Below, one piece after another: positions 20,092 to 30,345 of a stretch of 64,000 nt of DNA. Source of the stretch: Spirochaetota bacterium (GTDB taxonomy: Bacteria; Spirochaetota; UBA4802; UBA5550); NCBI GenBank assembly GCA_963663865.1, contig OY760686.1, forward strand, positions 1,248,001 through 1,312,000, given 5' to 3'. The first letter of the stretch is position 1. Each line of letters begins with the position of its first letter. A program made the position numbers and the translations under genes. The notes under the pieces are model-generated. The model was not told the origin of the DNA, did not search any database, and saw nothing but the letters and a program-made list of their open reading frames with translations.

Positions 20092-20705
20092 ATATCCCGG
20101 TTTTTAAACTGAACGTGCCTAACCTGATCTCAATGGTTAGAGTTGTGCTGATTCCCGTCTTCATATACTTTTTGTCTCAAGGGACAATTCATGGATGGAA
20201 GTGGGCAATATTTATATTTATCTTTGCTTCCTTTACCGACCTGCTTGACGGCTGGAGCGCCAGGAAGTTGAGGCAGGTTTCTGAGTTCGGAGAATTCATC
20301 GACCCGCTGGCTGACAAGTTTTTAGTTCTTTCAGCGCTCATTGCACTCATGGTCGTTGATCCTTATCTTGAGGTCTTTGATTTTTGGATGATCGTTGTTA
20401 TCGCTGGAAGGGACATCTTGATTACCGTCATGCGCTGGCTGGCAATAAAGCAGAACAGGCCTCTCAGAACGAGCCGTTTTGGAAAAGTGAAAACTGCGTT
20501 TCAGATGGCATCAATTGTTCTGATAATAATGGTCTACATGGCAAAGAAGAGCCGTTTTTTCGAGGTGCATGAATCTCTTCCATACTGGATAATGTTTTCG
20601 GTGACATTGTTGACCGCTTTCTCCGGATTAAGGTATCTGTTAACAAACTGGAGATTGTTTTTCCCTTCAAAAACAGCTGAGAGGTCGCCTGTAGATGAGA
20701 ATTAA
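20088..20705 (+). CDS. pgsA: CDP-diacylglycerol--glycerol-3-phosphate 3-phosphatidyltransferase
   Basis: NVPN..R, TDLLDGWSAR..S.FG.FIDPLADK, GKVKTAFQ; conserved rimO-pgsA order. Confidence 0.93.
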   Translation: MNIPVFKLNVPNLISMVRVVLIPVFIYFLSQGTIHGWKWAIFIFIFASFTDLLDGWSARKLRQVSEFGEFIDPLADKFLVLSALIALMVVDPYLEVFDFWMIVVIAGRDILITVMRWLAIKQNRPLRTSRFGKVKTAFQMASIVLIIMVYMAKKSRFFEVHESLPYWIMFSVTLLTAFSGLRYLLTNWRLFFPSKTAERSPVDEN

Positions 20706-21177
20706 GGAGTTCTTTTTTACCGCATTTTACAGCGGATACATTCCACGGGCCCCGGGAACGGCCGGCAGTGTAGTCGGTCTTGCTCTTTTCTGGGGAATGT
20801 ATTTGATATTCGGAGAATGGCATTCAGAGGCAGCTCTTGCTGTAGTTCTGGTTTCTGCCTATCCCCTTGTCAGGCTCTGTACGGCCGCAGAGAATTATTA
20901 CGGCAAAACTGATCCGCAATGCGTTGTTATTGATGAAACAGCCGGAATGTGGATAACCCTTCTCTTTGTTCCGCTTAACTGGAAGACGTCACTGCTGGGT
21001 TTCGTACTTTTTCGTCTTTTTGATATCGTAAAGCCATTTCCAGCCGACCGATTTCAGGAGCTTAAAGGCGGGCTGGGAATAATGGCTGACGACTGGGTGG
21101 CTGGAGTGTATGCCTGTATTGTACTTCATCTGATATACCAGGCTCAGTTTCTCGCAGGAATTACTATTCTGATTTGA
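20695..21177 (+). CDS. pgpA: Phosphatidylglycerophosphatase A
   Basis: APGTAGS, DPQCVVIDE, FRLFDIVKP, GGLGIMADD. Confidence 0.95.
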   Translation: MRIKEFFFTAFYSGYIPRAPGTAGSVVGLALFWGMYLIFGEWHSEAALAVVLVSAYPLVRLCTAAENYYGKTDPQCVVIDETAGMWITLLFVPLNWKTSLLGFVLFRLFDIVKPFPADRFQELKGGLGIMADDWVAGVYACIVLHLIYQAQFLAGITILI

Positions 21178-21218
21178 TATTAGCGGATGGATTATTTTTG
21201 TCCGTACAGGGAGGCGGA

Positions 21219-21692
21219 ATGAAGCGCATTCTCAAACAAATCCCGATAATCAGTCTTCTCGTTCTAATCACGGGTGCAATCGTCTTTGCGCAGGAATCGA
21301 ATATCTTCAGCCATTACGATGGTAGCAGGTCATCAGAGTTTGATTTCATTCTGAGCGATATCGCTGATATAGAGAAAGATGCGCGAACAGCTGTTTTGTC
21401 TGGAAATGCCCTGGCTTCTACAGCTCTTTCGGAGATATCCGAGCTGAATGCTCTCATTCATGCAGCGGCCGATTCACGGGACAGCGAATCAGCTGAACAG
21501 ATAATGACTTATGTCAGGGTCAGGGCAGCTGAAATAAAGGCAGAACTTGAGAAACAACAGAGGCAACATCGTATTTCGCGCAGTATCTATTCCGCCGTAT
21601 CAATGATAATGATAATAATGCTCATGACTCTGATCGCTTACACCGCATACGCAAATTTCCAAAAAAATCAGAGAAAGGGGATGCTCGAATGA
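21219..21692 (+). CDS. Hypothetical protein with signal peptide and C-terminal TM helix
   Basis: ATG 21219 after GGAGG; hydrophobic N- and C-terminal segments. Confidence 0.6.
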   Translation: MKRILKQIPIISLLVLITGAIVFAQESNIFSHYDGSRSSEFDFILSDIADIEKDARTAVLSGNALASTALSEISELNALIHAAADSRDSESAEQIMTYVRVRAAEIKAELEKQQRQHRISRSIYSAVSMIMIIMLMTLIAYTAYANFQKNQRKGMLE

Positions 21693-22180
21693 GGGAATAC
21701 CTTTATAACACGGATAAAATTAAATATGCGAGGGGGGATAAGCCGGATGTCGAATGTATCCTCTGTGCGATAAGAGACAGGTCGCCAGAGGTTTCGAGTC
21801 TTGAGGTGTTCAGGGATGACGATTTTATCGTATCGGTAAACCTGTACCCTTTTAATCCAGGTCATCTGATGGTTTTCCCTCAGAGGCATATTGAAGCCTA
21901 CGATGAATTTTGCGACAGAGAAGCTCTTTCTCTGCACCACCTCGTGTCAGCATCCGTTAAGCTGATTCGTGAGGAGTTCGAGCCTTCAGGTTTCAACATC
22001 GGCTACAATATTGGCCAGGGCAGCGGAGCCAGTATACCGCACATTCACCAGCATATTGTACCGAGATACGGCAATGAGCTGGGGTACCTTGACGTCATAT
22101 CCGGTACAAGGGTGATTGTAATGGATCCGGTTGAGGTTCGTGAGAGGCTCAGGAAGCGCTTTGCATGTTATTTCAACTGA
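21689..22180 (+). CDS. HIT family nucleotide hydrolase/phosphorylase
   Basis: CILC, NLYPFNPGHLMV, GFNIGYN.G..SGASIPHIHQHIVPR. Confidence 0.92.
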   Translation: MREYLYNTDKIKYARGDKPDVECILCAIRDRSPEVSSLEVFRDDDFIVSVNLYPFNPGHLMVFPQRHIEAYDEFCDREALSLHHLVSASVKLIREEFEPSGFNIGYNIGQGSGASIPHIHQHIVPRYGNELGYLDVISGTRVIVMDPVEVRERLRKRFACYFN

Positions 22181-22190
22181 AGGAGATTAA

Positions 22191-22937
22191 ATGGGACGCC
22201 TTCTGATTATATGTTTCCATTTTTGTTTTTTAATATCGTGTTTGACGGCAACCCATATTCCCGCCGGGAACCCGTGCGATGGAATTGACGAGGACTACAT
22301 CGAACGCCATATTCCCGTCGGGGAATTTGAAATTATATCGAGAAAACCAGCAGGCGATATCTGCGAGATAATTATCAATGCGGATAATTCGCGCATACCT
22401 CTTTATGCGGGAATGGGCTATGTCATCGCGGGTGATATGTTTGTTGAGAAAAAGCGGGTCACACAGGAAACGATGGATGCCCTGCGAAAAGAGCTTTTAA
22501 GCCGGAACATGAGCCGGTTTGACCAGCTTGCCGCCTTTGCATATGTTCCAGCCAGGCCGTCAGGCAGAGTGCTTTACATGGTAACGGAGCCCCTTTGCCC
22601 ATACTGTCACCGTGCTGCGGAGAAGATTATACCGATAGCGGAAAGTCTGGGACTGACGGTTAAGGCGGTGATGTATTCTGTCCATGGGGACAGGGGTTTT
22701 GAAAAATGCGTGGAAGTAATCTGCAGCGATATCAGTTTAAAGGAATATGTATCAATAAAATGGGATGACGTTGAAACACCGAAGGCTGTTCAATGCGGCG
22801 AGGGGATTAAAAAAGCCCGCGATTCCTCAAAGTTAGCCGAAGAAATGGGTATCGACGGTGTACCATTTATTTTTCTTGATGATGGAACTGAAATTCAGAA
22901 CAGCCGCCTTGATAGACTTGGCGAGTATCTTGACTGA
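22191..22937 (+). CDS. DsbC/DsbG-like periplasmic thiol-disulfide oxidoreductase
   Basis: N-terminal dimerisation-like region, TEPLCPYC active site, GIDGVP cis-Pro loop. Confidence 0.8.
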   Translation: MGRLLIICFHFCFLISCLTATHIPAGNPCDGIDEDYIERHIPVGEFEIISRKPAGDICEIIINADNSRIPLYAGMGYVIAGDMFVEKKRVTQETMDALRKELLSRNMSRFDQLAAFAYVPARPSGRVLYMVTEPLCPYCHRAAEKIIPIAESLGLTVKAVMYSVHGDRGFEKCVEVICSDISLKEYVSIKWDDVETPKAVQCGEGIKKARDSSKLAEEMGIDGVPFIFLDDGTEIQNSRLDRLGEYLD

Positions 22938-22947
22938 GTTATTGGCA

Positions 22948-23253
22948 TTATCTGATTGAATCGCCGTAGTTTTTATAAACCGATGAAGCGTTTTTCGTGG
23001 ATTTAGATTGATTGTCGTCTGAGCATTTTTCGTCCTTTCCGCATTTCGCATCAACTTCCGATGATCTGCCCGAACTCTCCCGCGCTTTGTTGTTCGATTC
23101 TGTTAATCCATCATCTCCGAGTTCGCTTTCCACGTGATTTTTATTTACCGGAGCTATTATATTATCAGAAATTTTCAGTACTGAGATAGGTGTAAAGAAA
23201 AGAATAAGCGCGATTATAATGAGGACGAAGGCTATAAGAAACAGCTTTTTCAT
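22948..23253 (-). CDS. Small exported or membrane-anchored hypothetical protein
   Basis: MKK followed by a hydrophobic stretch and a polar low-complexity tail. Confidence 0.55.
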   Translation of the reverse strand: MKKLFLIAFVLIIIALILFFTPISVLKISDNIIAPVNKNHVESELGDDGLTESNNKARESSGRSSEVDAKCGKDEKCSDDNQSKSTKNASSVYKNYGDSIR

Positions 23254-23652
23254 TATTTGCCCCTGTATTATTATTGATATGCTTTATTTGATAAACTCTG
23301 TCAGGGTTGTAAAGATAATTTTTAATTATCAATTATTTCCTGACCATTGTCCACTGTGAAGTATGTTTTTTACTTTGTAACAAGACTGAACCTCAATTAC
23401 GGGCTTATCATATGGTCTGAAAGGAAAAGCAGGTAATAATTCAGAATATCCCCTCATTTTAAGGGCTTGACAGCTATTACCGCCCGGGTATGCTGTTTGA
23501 TGATGGTTTTTTTGTTCGTGAGGATTATGTGTTAATGATGATAAAAGATTAACAATTTATTCGGTGTGTCGGGTAAATCCACGGCACTGAGCAGTATTCC
23601 ATCAGGATATATCAGGGTATATAATCGAACCCCTGCGGAGAGGGAAAGAGTT

Positions 23653-25083
23653 TTGAACAGAGCTTTTTTGGGCATTCTATCGCTCTTATTTTTGCTAAGT
23701 GGAATTCAGCAGTTATTTGCGGGTGATAAAGTTGTCATAGCGGTGACGGATACAGTCGTTTCAGGTGCATCGTCAGCTTCCGGCAGGCTGGTGTCGGATA
23801 TTTTGATATCCTCGTTAATTCACTCGGGGCGTGTAGATGTGAAGACCCATGATGATATAAGAGCAGCCGCGGCAGGGATTGATAATATCCGAGTTTCTGA
23901 TGAGGGCAGATGTCTGGACGGCAGATGTGTTGAGCTCATCGCGGAGAAGACCGGAGCTGAATATGTGATTGATTCCCGGTTGAAGGATGAACGGGGTTTA
24001 ATGCTGGTCTCCGTAACGGTGCTCAGATTAAACGGAGAAGTACATGTTCCTGAACAGAGAGCTGAAGTTTCAGACAACAAGAGCATTATTGATGCGGTGA
24101 GAGACATTTCAGCAAGTATATTAAACAGCTTTCCTCTCAATGGTCGCATCGTATCATTGGCCGGTGATTCAACCTATATCGTGAATATTGGGGAAACTCA
24201 GGGTATTAAACCCGGTGACCTGTTAGTTTTGCAGGGGAACAGGAGCACAGCCGGCATTATAAAGGCTATGAAGCTCTATTCTCTGAAAGTGTTCGAGGTT
24301 CAGCCCTTTTCGTCAAAGGTGAAGGTACATGAGACATTTCCCGGGGGACCTGAGCACACGATTGTACCTGGAGATTCTGTGACCCTTGCGACAAATAGTC
24401 TTTTCGGAGCAGAGGATGCTGGTATTTCTGAGGAAAATCCCAGCAATACTGAAATATCTGCTAATGATAAGGCAGGAAGTCGCAGGGAGTCGACTGACTG
24501 GGAAGAGAGCCTGAACTCGCGTTCGCCTTTTATGCGTTTTTCCTGCGGAATTCCCGGCAATGTCAGGATGGGGAATGATGAGTTGGACCGATATTACGGA
24601 AGCGGTCAGGGATTCATGGCAGATTTTTTCCCGTTGAGGGCTCGCGATATTTACGGTGACGGGTTTGATATCCTGTTTCGTTTGCTCTACAGGCATTATA
24701 CGATGGACAACAATGAGTTTCAGAGATTTAAGGATGAACTCCCGGACTCTGATGATTATATGGCTTCGAAGTCTGATCTGAAAATGTTTTCGGGGGATAT
24801 CGGCTTCAGGTACAGTCTGGGAACAGTGATTTTAGAAAGATTTGACTTTTATATTCTCGCATCATTTAGATATCAGTATACAATGGAGAATGCCGGAAGT
24901 ATCAGGAATTCTTTTTGGTCCTACGGCGCGTCAGGAGGTGCTGGTGTTGAGATGACGCTCTTTCCTGTTCTGGGGATTTTTGCCGAGTACAACTATGGTT
25001 ATAACACAATCGGCGCTGACAACAAGAATGTGGAGGGTCATCAGTTTTATGCCGGCGTAACTTTTCGTTCCGGGCATTATTAA
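23653..25083 (+). CDS. Exported protein: CsgG/FlgT-like N-terminal part plus C-terminal outer-membrane beta-barrel-like domain
   Basis: Signal peptide from TTG 23653; GRIV..YIVNIGETQGIKPGD motif; C-terminal alternating strands ending FYAGVTFR. Confidence 0.6.
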   Translation: MNRAFLGILSLLFLLSGIQQLFAGDKVVIAVTDTVVSGASSASGRLVSDILISSLIHSGRVDVKTHDDIRAAAAGIDNIRVSDEGRCLDGRCVELIAEKTGAEYVIDSRLKDERGLMLVSVTVLRLNGEVHVPEQRAEVSDNKSIIDAVRDISASILNSFPLNGRIVSLAGDSTYIVNIGETQGIKPGDLLVLQGNRSTAGIIKAMKLYSLKVFEVQPFSSKVKVHETFPGGPEHTIVPGDSVTLATNSLFGAEDAGISEENPSNTEISANDKAGSRRESTDWEESLNSRSPFMRFSCGIPGNVRMGNDELDRYYGSGQGFMADFFPLRARDIYGDGFDILFRLLYRHYTMDNNEFQRFKDELPDSDDYMASKSDLKMFSGDIGFRYSLGTVILERFDFYILASFRYQYTMENAGSIRNSFWSYGASGGAGVEMTLFPVLGIFAEYNYGYNTIGADNKNVEGHQFYAGVTFRSGHY

Positions 25084-25095
25084 GATTGAAGGTTT

Positions 25096-25863
25096 ATGGT
25101 TTTTATGAATATAAAAGTAATGGTGAGGTTGATTTGCGCGGTCGTTGTCCTGATCTCTTTCTCTGGATGGCAGTGCGCATCGGAGGAGAGGTCTCTTCTT
25201 GATGCCCCGTCAGGTCTGGAAGACGGGCCGGCGGATAGCGGTATTGAAATTCAGAAGGTTGAAATATCAGCGCAAGTTAACTGCGACGCGGTGGAACCGC
25301 ACGATATGGCCTATTACGGAGGCAGTCTATATATAGCCGACAGTCATGATCAGATGATCTATCTCGTCGCTTCCGGGGGAGATAACGTAACCAGCAACAT
25401 TGATGTTTCGGGGATTAATGTCAGCTGTATGGCCGAGGTAAATGGAGTTCTCTGCCTGCAGAGTGATGATTACTATCTGTACTATATTGATCTGACAGAT
25501 GAAGGCAGTCAGATGATTAAATCAGAGTACAGGTTGATTGTGTCACTGGCAGGTATGGGCTATGACGGCTCAAAGTTGTGGGGGGTATCCGCCGGCGGTG
25601 ACACGCTTTACTCTCTGAACCTGTCAGGTCTTCAGGAGAGCAGCTTCTTTTTTGAAGGTGAAGGGCTTAATGATATTACTTATCACCAGGGATATCTTTA
25701 TGCATGTTCAGGAGACAGGCTATACAAGATTAATTCCAGCGGAGAGAAAATGGCTGTCTATATGAATAGCTCTTTCACAGATATCGCCGGTATCGCAAGT
25801 GACGGAATAATGCTCTGGCTGATTGACAAAGGAAAGGGACTCCTCTATTCGGTATCGTTATAG
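25096..25863 (+). CDS. Probable lipoprotein with beta-propeller (YncE/glutaminyl-cyclase-like repeats)
   Basis: Signal ending GWQC; repeats DMAYYGGSLYIAD, GMGYDGSKLW, DITYHQGYLY, GIASDGIMLWLID. Confidence 0.65.
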   Translation: MVFMNIKVMVRLICAVVVLISFSGWQCASEERSLLDAPSGLEDGPADSGIEIQKVEISAQVNCDAVEPHDMAYYGGSLYIADSHDQMIYLVASGGDNVTSNIDVSGINVSCMAEVNGVLCLQSDDYYLYYIDLTDEGSQMIKSEYRLIVSLAGMGYDGSKLWGVSAGGDTLYSLNLSGLQESSFFFEGEGLNDITYHQGYLYACSGDRLYKINSSGEKMAVYMNSSFTDIAGIASDGIMLWLIDKGKGLLYSVSL

Positions 25864-25957
25864 TATTCTGCTTGACCTGAAAAGAATAAGTAAGTTACTG
25901 GTCTTGCTTGTCGATCTTTGATATTTCAGTTTATTACTAACTGAACAATGATAATTA

Positions 25958-26122
25958 GTTGCCAGATTCTTTCGAGAAAAGATTAAAAGGGAAACCCGTG
26001 AAAATCGGGTACGGGCCCGCCGCTGTAACCGGGGACGAAAGCCTGATATGCCACTGTCCTGATTAAGGGCGGGAAGGCAGGCGAGTAGGAAGATTCGGAA
26101 GTCAGAAGACCTGTCTGAGCAA
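25958..26122 (+). ncRNA. Cobalamin riboswitch (class I-like)
   Basis: AAAAGGGAAacccGTGaAAatcggg, CCCGCCGCTGT, GCCACTG (26050), GGGAAGGC (26071) and B12 box AGTCAGAAGACCTG (26100), upstream of tonB-btuB. Confidence 0.93.
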
Positions 26123-26187
26123 TGCTGCCGCTGTCTTTCGGATGCAAAAGCAATATGCGGCGAAGATAATCTGCGGATAAAAAAGGG

Positions 26188-26224
26188 AATCCCCGGACTG
26201 TAAAGTCACGGGGTTTTTTTGTTT
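26188..26224 (+). terminator. Riboswitch expression-platform terminator
   Basis: AATCCCCG-GACT-gtaa-AGTC-a-CGGGG followed by a T7 tract, between the aptamer and tonB. Confidence 0.8.
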
Positions 26225-26241
26225 AATAGGATGGCTATCTT

Positions 26242-26859
26242 ATGCCGGTAAAAGACCCCACAGAGGGACGACTAATTGTCTGGATGACCGTTTCAGCTAT
26301 TGCTCATGCTGCTTTTTTGCTTCTGTGCAGCATTAGTCTGGCTGATCGTGAAATGCCTGTAATATCCGGGGAGAATGCAAAAGAGGCAGTGTTGCCGGAA
26401 GCTGGTTCCAGTTTAAGCAAACCTGTGCCTGAAAGTGCAATATTTGTTTGTGCAATTTCAGGGACTGCTGACTCCAGGGAGAAGGCCGGCTCTGATTTAA
26501 GCGGCAATGGAGTAAACAGCGTTGAAGAGATTCTCTCATCTACGGCAAAAATTGAATCGGGTTTAAGTTTAGGGAAAATCAGCTACAGGGATATAGTTCT
26601 GAAGAGGATTAAGCGTTACAAATACTATCCGCAGCTTGCTCGGGATAGGGGGCTTGAGGGTGAGGTTGAAATCCTGTTTAGATTAAAAAGAGACGGCAGT
26701 CTTGAAGGCAGGGCTTCAATTCTCAAGTCAACTCCATACGCTGTACTTAACAGGGCTGCTCTGAGGACACTCATAAGCGCAATGCCCTTCGCGGAGTTTC
26801 CCGGGGAAGTGAAAGAAGATGAGCTGATTTTCAGGATAAGATTAGATTACAGGCTCTAA
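26242..26859 (+). CDS. tonB: TonB family energy transducer
   Basis: N-terminal TM helix with SAIAH (SxxxH) motif; C-terminal YPQLARDRGLEGEV domain. Confidence 0.88.
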   Translation: MPVKDPTEGRLIVWMTVSAIAHAAFLLLCSISLADREMPVISGENAKEAVLPEAGSSLSKPVPESAIFVCAISGTADSREKAGSDLSGNGVNSVEEILSSTAKIESGLSLGKISYRDIVLKRIKRYKYYPQLARDRGLEGEVEILFRLKRDGSLEGRASILKSTPYAVLNRAALRTLISAMPFAEFPGEVKEDELIFRIRLDYRL

Positions 26860-26905
26860 GATTAAATCCAGGGGATAAACCCGATGGATTGTGTGGAGGA
26901 ATTAT

Positions 26906-28807
26906 ATGAAAGGATTCAAATTGTCTTCAGCTTTTATTGCAGTTTTTTCGCTTTATGCGAATGTCTATGCCGGAGCTTCAGAAGAAGATCTGGGAACGGT
27001 GGTCGTTACTCCGAACAGAATATCGGTAAGTACTGATGCTGCTTCAACAGGAGTAAGGGTGATTACAGCTGATGATATCAGAAAGAAGGGCAGCACCCAT
27101 CTTGCTGATGTTCTCGCTGACATCCCGGGGGTTTCATTTAATATCAGCGGGAAAGTTAAATATGTCAGCGTCAGGGGATCTGATCCTGGAAATACTCTCG
27201 TTTTTATCGACGGTGTCAGAGTCAACGATCCGTCAAGCATATCGGCTGCTTACGATTTTGGAAATCTGCTGGCTGAATCCGTTGAAAGGATTGAGGTGAT
27301 CGGAGGAGCTTCTGGTGCAGTTTACGGCTCACAGGCATCTGGCGGTATTATCAATATAACAACATTAAAAGGGACAAAGAAAAATACAGCTAATGTAAAT
27401 TTTGAAACCGGCTCGTACAATACAACAAGAGAGTCTGCATCATTTACGGGTTCATGGAAGAATCTCAGCTACGCTCTCAGCACATCTCATCTATACTCTA
27501 AGGGTTATTCTCAGGCGGATATAGATGACTCATTGAAACCTGATGATGATCCATATTCATCTAATTCGCTCAGCGGAAAAATTGGAATTAAGCTTAAGGA
27601 TAATATGAACCTCGCTTACAGCTTTATGTTTAATTCCAGCGATTTTCAGATTGATGATGCCGCTGAAACCGATGACCTCGACAGAAACGATACCGAAAAG
27701 AGTTTTATTACCGGCGCGGTTCTTGAGCATTCTCCCTCTACCTTTTGGGACTACAGCATTAAGGCGGGTTACAACAGAATCAAAAGGACAGATGATGATG
27801 AAAACGCGGACAACGATTTAGACTATACCTTTACAAGCTGGTACAAGGGAAATTCAGTAAACATTATGATGCAGAACAATTTCTATATCGGCGATATTGA
27901 TACGCTTACTGCCGGTGTAGAGTACCTTCGTGATTCGATGTCTCAGTCGTATAATGACGGCTTCACCGAGTCAGGGATGGATGAAGTCAGCGCATGGACC
28001 GTCAGCGGATATGCACAGAATATGCTTAGCATAGCAGATAGACTGTTTCACAACGCGGCAGTCAGGTATGACAATCATAAGGAGTTTGGTTCAGAGGTGA
28101 ACTGGCAGACCGGCCTGTCATTTATCGTACCCCTACTTGAAACCAGGCTGAAGTCTTCGTATTCTACAGGCTTCAAAGCTCCCTCGCTTTATCAGATGTA
28201 TGTGGATGATGCATATACTGTAAGGAACAGAGACTTGAAAGCTGAAGAGAGCAGAACTCTGGAAGCCGGGCTTGAGCAGGCTTTCTTAAAGAAACTGATT
28301 GTAGTAAACGGTACCTGGTTCTACAGCAAGTATAAAAATAAGATTGAGTATTCATCAGATCCGGTAACATGGGTTGGGCAGTATTACAATGTCGGTGAAA
28401 GTACTTCAAGAGGAATTGAAAGCTCAATTCAACTGAATATAGCGAAGAGCACTTACCTGAAGGCAGGTTACCTTTTCATGAAAACAGAAAATCTTGATAC
28501 CGGGAAAAGGCTGTACAAAAGACCGGAGCACAGGGCATCAGCTGAATTCAATGCGGGGCTGCTTGACGACAAGGCCAATTTGAACATTTCGTTTAATTAT
28601 ACCGGAGAGAGGGATGAAAACGAGGGAGTAACCCTTGAAAGCTATTGGCTCCTGAACGTTAAGGCTTCATACGATTTGTTTGAATGGCTGGAGGCCTATA
28701 TCCGGATGGAGAATGTTACGGGCAATGATTATACCGAGAATACCGGCTATACAACACCCGGTTTCAGTGTTTATGGCGGTGTAACTGGACGTATTGACTT
28801 TATATAG
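26906..28807 (+). CDS. btuB: TonB-dependent cobalamin receptor (BtuB-like)
   Basis: TonB box TVVVT, plug motifs LVFIDGV and ERIEVI.G..GAVYG, GFKAPSL; lies downstream of the B12 riboswitch. Confidence 0.88.
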   Translation: MKGFKLSSAFIAVFSLYANVYAGASEEDLGTVVVTPNRISVSTDAASTGVRVITADDIRKKGSTHLADVLADIPGVSFNISGKVKYVSVRGSDPGNTLVFIDGVRVNDPSSISAAYDFGNLLAESVERIEVIGGASGAVYGSQASGGIINITTLKGTKKNTANVNFETGSYNTTRESASFTGSWKNLSYALSTSHLYSKGYSQADIDDSLKPDDDPYSSNSLSGKIGIKLKDNMNLAYSFMFNSSDFQIDDAAETDDLDRNDTEKSFITGAVLEHSPSTFWDYSIKAGYNRIKRTDDDENADNDLDYTFTSWYKGNSVNIMMQNNFYIGDIDTLTAGVEYLRDSMSQSYNDGFTESGMDEVSAWTVSGYAQNMLSIADRLFHNAAVRYDNHKEFGSEVNWQTGLSFIVPLLETRLKSSYSTGFKAPSLYQMYVDDAYTVRNRDLKAEESRTLEAGLEQAFLKKLIVVNGTWFYSKYKNKIEYSSDPVTWVGQYYNVGESTSRGIESSIQLNIAKSTYLKAGYLFMKTENLDTGKRLYKRPEHRASAEFNAGLLDDKANLNISFNYTGERDENEGVTLESYWLLNVKASYDLFEWLEAYIRMENVTGNDYTENTGYTTPGFSVYGGVTGRIDFI

Positions 28808-28814
28808 ACCAATA

Positions 28815-28844
28815 ATAAAAGGCAGGTTCAAGCCTGCCTTTTAT
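28815..28844. terminator. Bidirectional intrinsic terminator
   Basis: ATAAAAGGCAGGT-tcaa-GCCTGCCTTTTAT between convergent genes. Confidence 0.8.
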
Positions 28845-28845
28845 A

Positions 28846-30321
28846 TTATCTTGCCTTAATGAAGGTGACTTCAGCGTCTGCGGGCTGCCCCTTATCAGAG
28901 AAAAGCGAGTAGAGACCCCGGTTTGAAAGAATCTCGGGCAGTTCAACCTGTTTAACCATGCCTGATGCCGGCTGCCCGTCAATAGTCAGCCGGGCGTAAT
29001 CTCCTTCAGTTCTTTCCAGCCTGTAGGTATGCCATCTTGATGTATCCAGAGGAATTCTGATCCCGCACACATCTATAGATGAGCTGTCCAGCATTACATA
29101 GTATCCGGAGCGGTGCGCTGTTACATAGGCCAAAAGAATAAGATTTGAACCGCTGTTCATCCTTGCCTTTGATTCAACCGCAAAAAGCCTCGTCGTATTA
29201 AATCTTGTGAAAAGACCGGCTCTCTTTTCAGCCGGCGATTTGACAGTCGCGGTTTTGCTATTGCCGCTGGCGATGAAGCCGATTGATGTTTTATCGGCTC
29301 CGTCAATATGGTTCCAGGCTGAAGGCGTATTTGAATCTGACCAGCCGGAGAAGTGTTCTTCAAAAAGCCAGCTTTCCTCAGCGTTAGATTCCGATACAGC
29401 CTGAGCTTTGAATGGATTAAGAAATTTACCGAAAATCCAGCCTCTCGCTCCTCTAAGCGATGATACCCTGTACCAGTAATCCCTAGTATCGCCGATCTGT
29501 GTGGTATCCATTGATTTTTCAAGCTGCATGAGTATTTCTCCGTTGTCAGCATGCCCCACTACTGAACCTCCGGTGTGGGATGTATCTCTCAGGTTGACGC
29601 GGTCTCCTGAGCATGTGCGTATCATTGATGTGTAGGGGCTTGCCGGGTACCGCGAAGCGAAGTTGTTAAGTAAGACCTCCAGTCCGATGCTCTCGGATTG
29701 GGTCGAAGCCGATCCATTTTGAAGTGCCTCAAAAAGCATTTTGATTAAATGGGTGATGTAAGGAGTGCCCGGATGAGATTTGTAAAAGTTCAGGATGCCC
29801 TGTAATGCGGCTGCATTGTTTGATGCAATTGTTTTTTCAAGCTCTTCAAAATCCAGATATTCAAGCAGCGGGCTGCCTTTGAACCTTGTGGCAAATTCCC
29901 CGTAAAACAGGCTTCCACCGGATATCCTTCCGCCGTTAATGCCTGGTTCCACTGTAAAGTCGGTACCGAGTTCACTGTTGATCTCTGAAACAGATTTCGA
30001 TATTTTCCTCAAGGCTTCAGTATACTCCGGAGAAGCTGAGGCGGAAGACTTGAGGGCAATGAGTTCATCGGCGTTTTCCGTATTGAGTGTCAGAGCAAGT
30101 CTGTTGGCAGCCCTTGCCCTGTAGTAGTATATCTTCTCAAGTTCTTCGTATTGAGCGAGTGGGATGAGGCGGTTGAGAGCCCTGATGGCCGGAATGTAGT
30201 CTTCATCTTCAAAAAACTCAATTGCGTCTTCGAGATCATCATCCCCAATAAAAAAAACAGCCGACGCTGCTGCGATGCCGGCAACTAAAAGAGCTGAAAG
30301 GATAAAAGCTATTGGTCTCAA
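28846..30321 (-). CDS. Membrane-anchored protein with TPR-like, SH3b and beta-sandwich regions
   Basis: N-terminal TM, helical repeats (YPASPY), SH3b-like VNLRD...WYRV...GWIFG. Confidence 0.7.
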   Translation of the reverse strand: MRPIAFILSALLVAGIAAASAVFFIGDDDLEDAIEFFEDEDYIPAIRALNRLIPLAQYEELEKIYYYRARAANRLALTLNTENADELIALKSSASASPEYTEALRKISKSVSEINSELGTDFTVEPGINGGRISGGSLFYGEFATRFKGSPLLEYLDFEELEKTIASNNAAALQGILNFYKSHPGTPYITHLIKMLFEALQNGSASTQSESIGLEVLLNNFASRYPASPYTSMIRTCSGDRVNLRDTSHTGGSVVGHADNGEILMQLEKSMDTTQIGDTRDYWYRVSSLRGARGWIFGKFLNPFKAQAVSESNAEESWLFEEHFSGWSDSNTPSAWNHIDGADKTSIGFIASGNSKTATVKSPAEKRAGLFTRFNTTRLFAVESKARMNSGSNLILLAYVTAHRSGYYVMLDSSSIDVCGIRIPLDTSRWHTYRLERTEGDYARLTIDGQPASGMVKQVELPEILSNRGLYSLFSDKGQPADAEVTFIKAR

Positions 30322-30345
30322 GTCAATCCTCCATGAGATGAAGTA

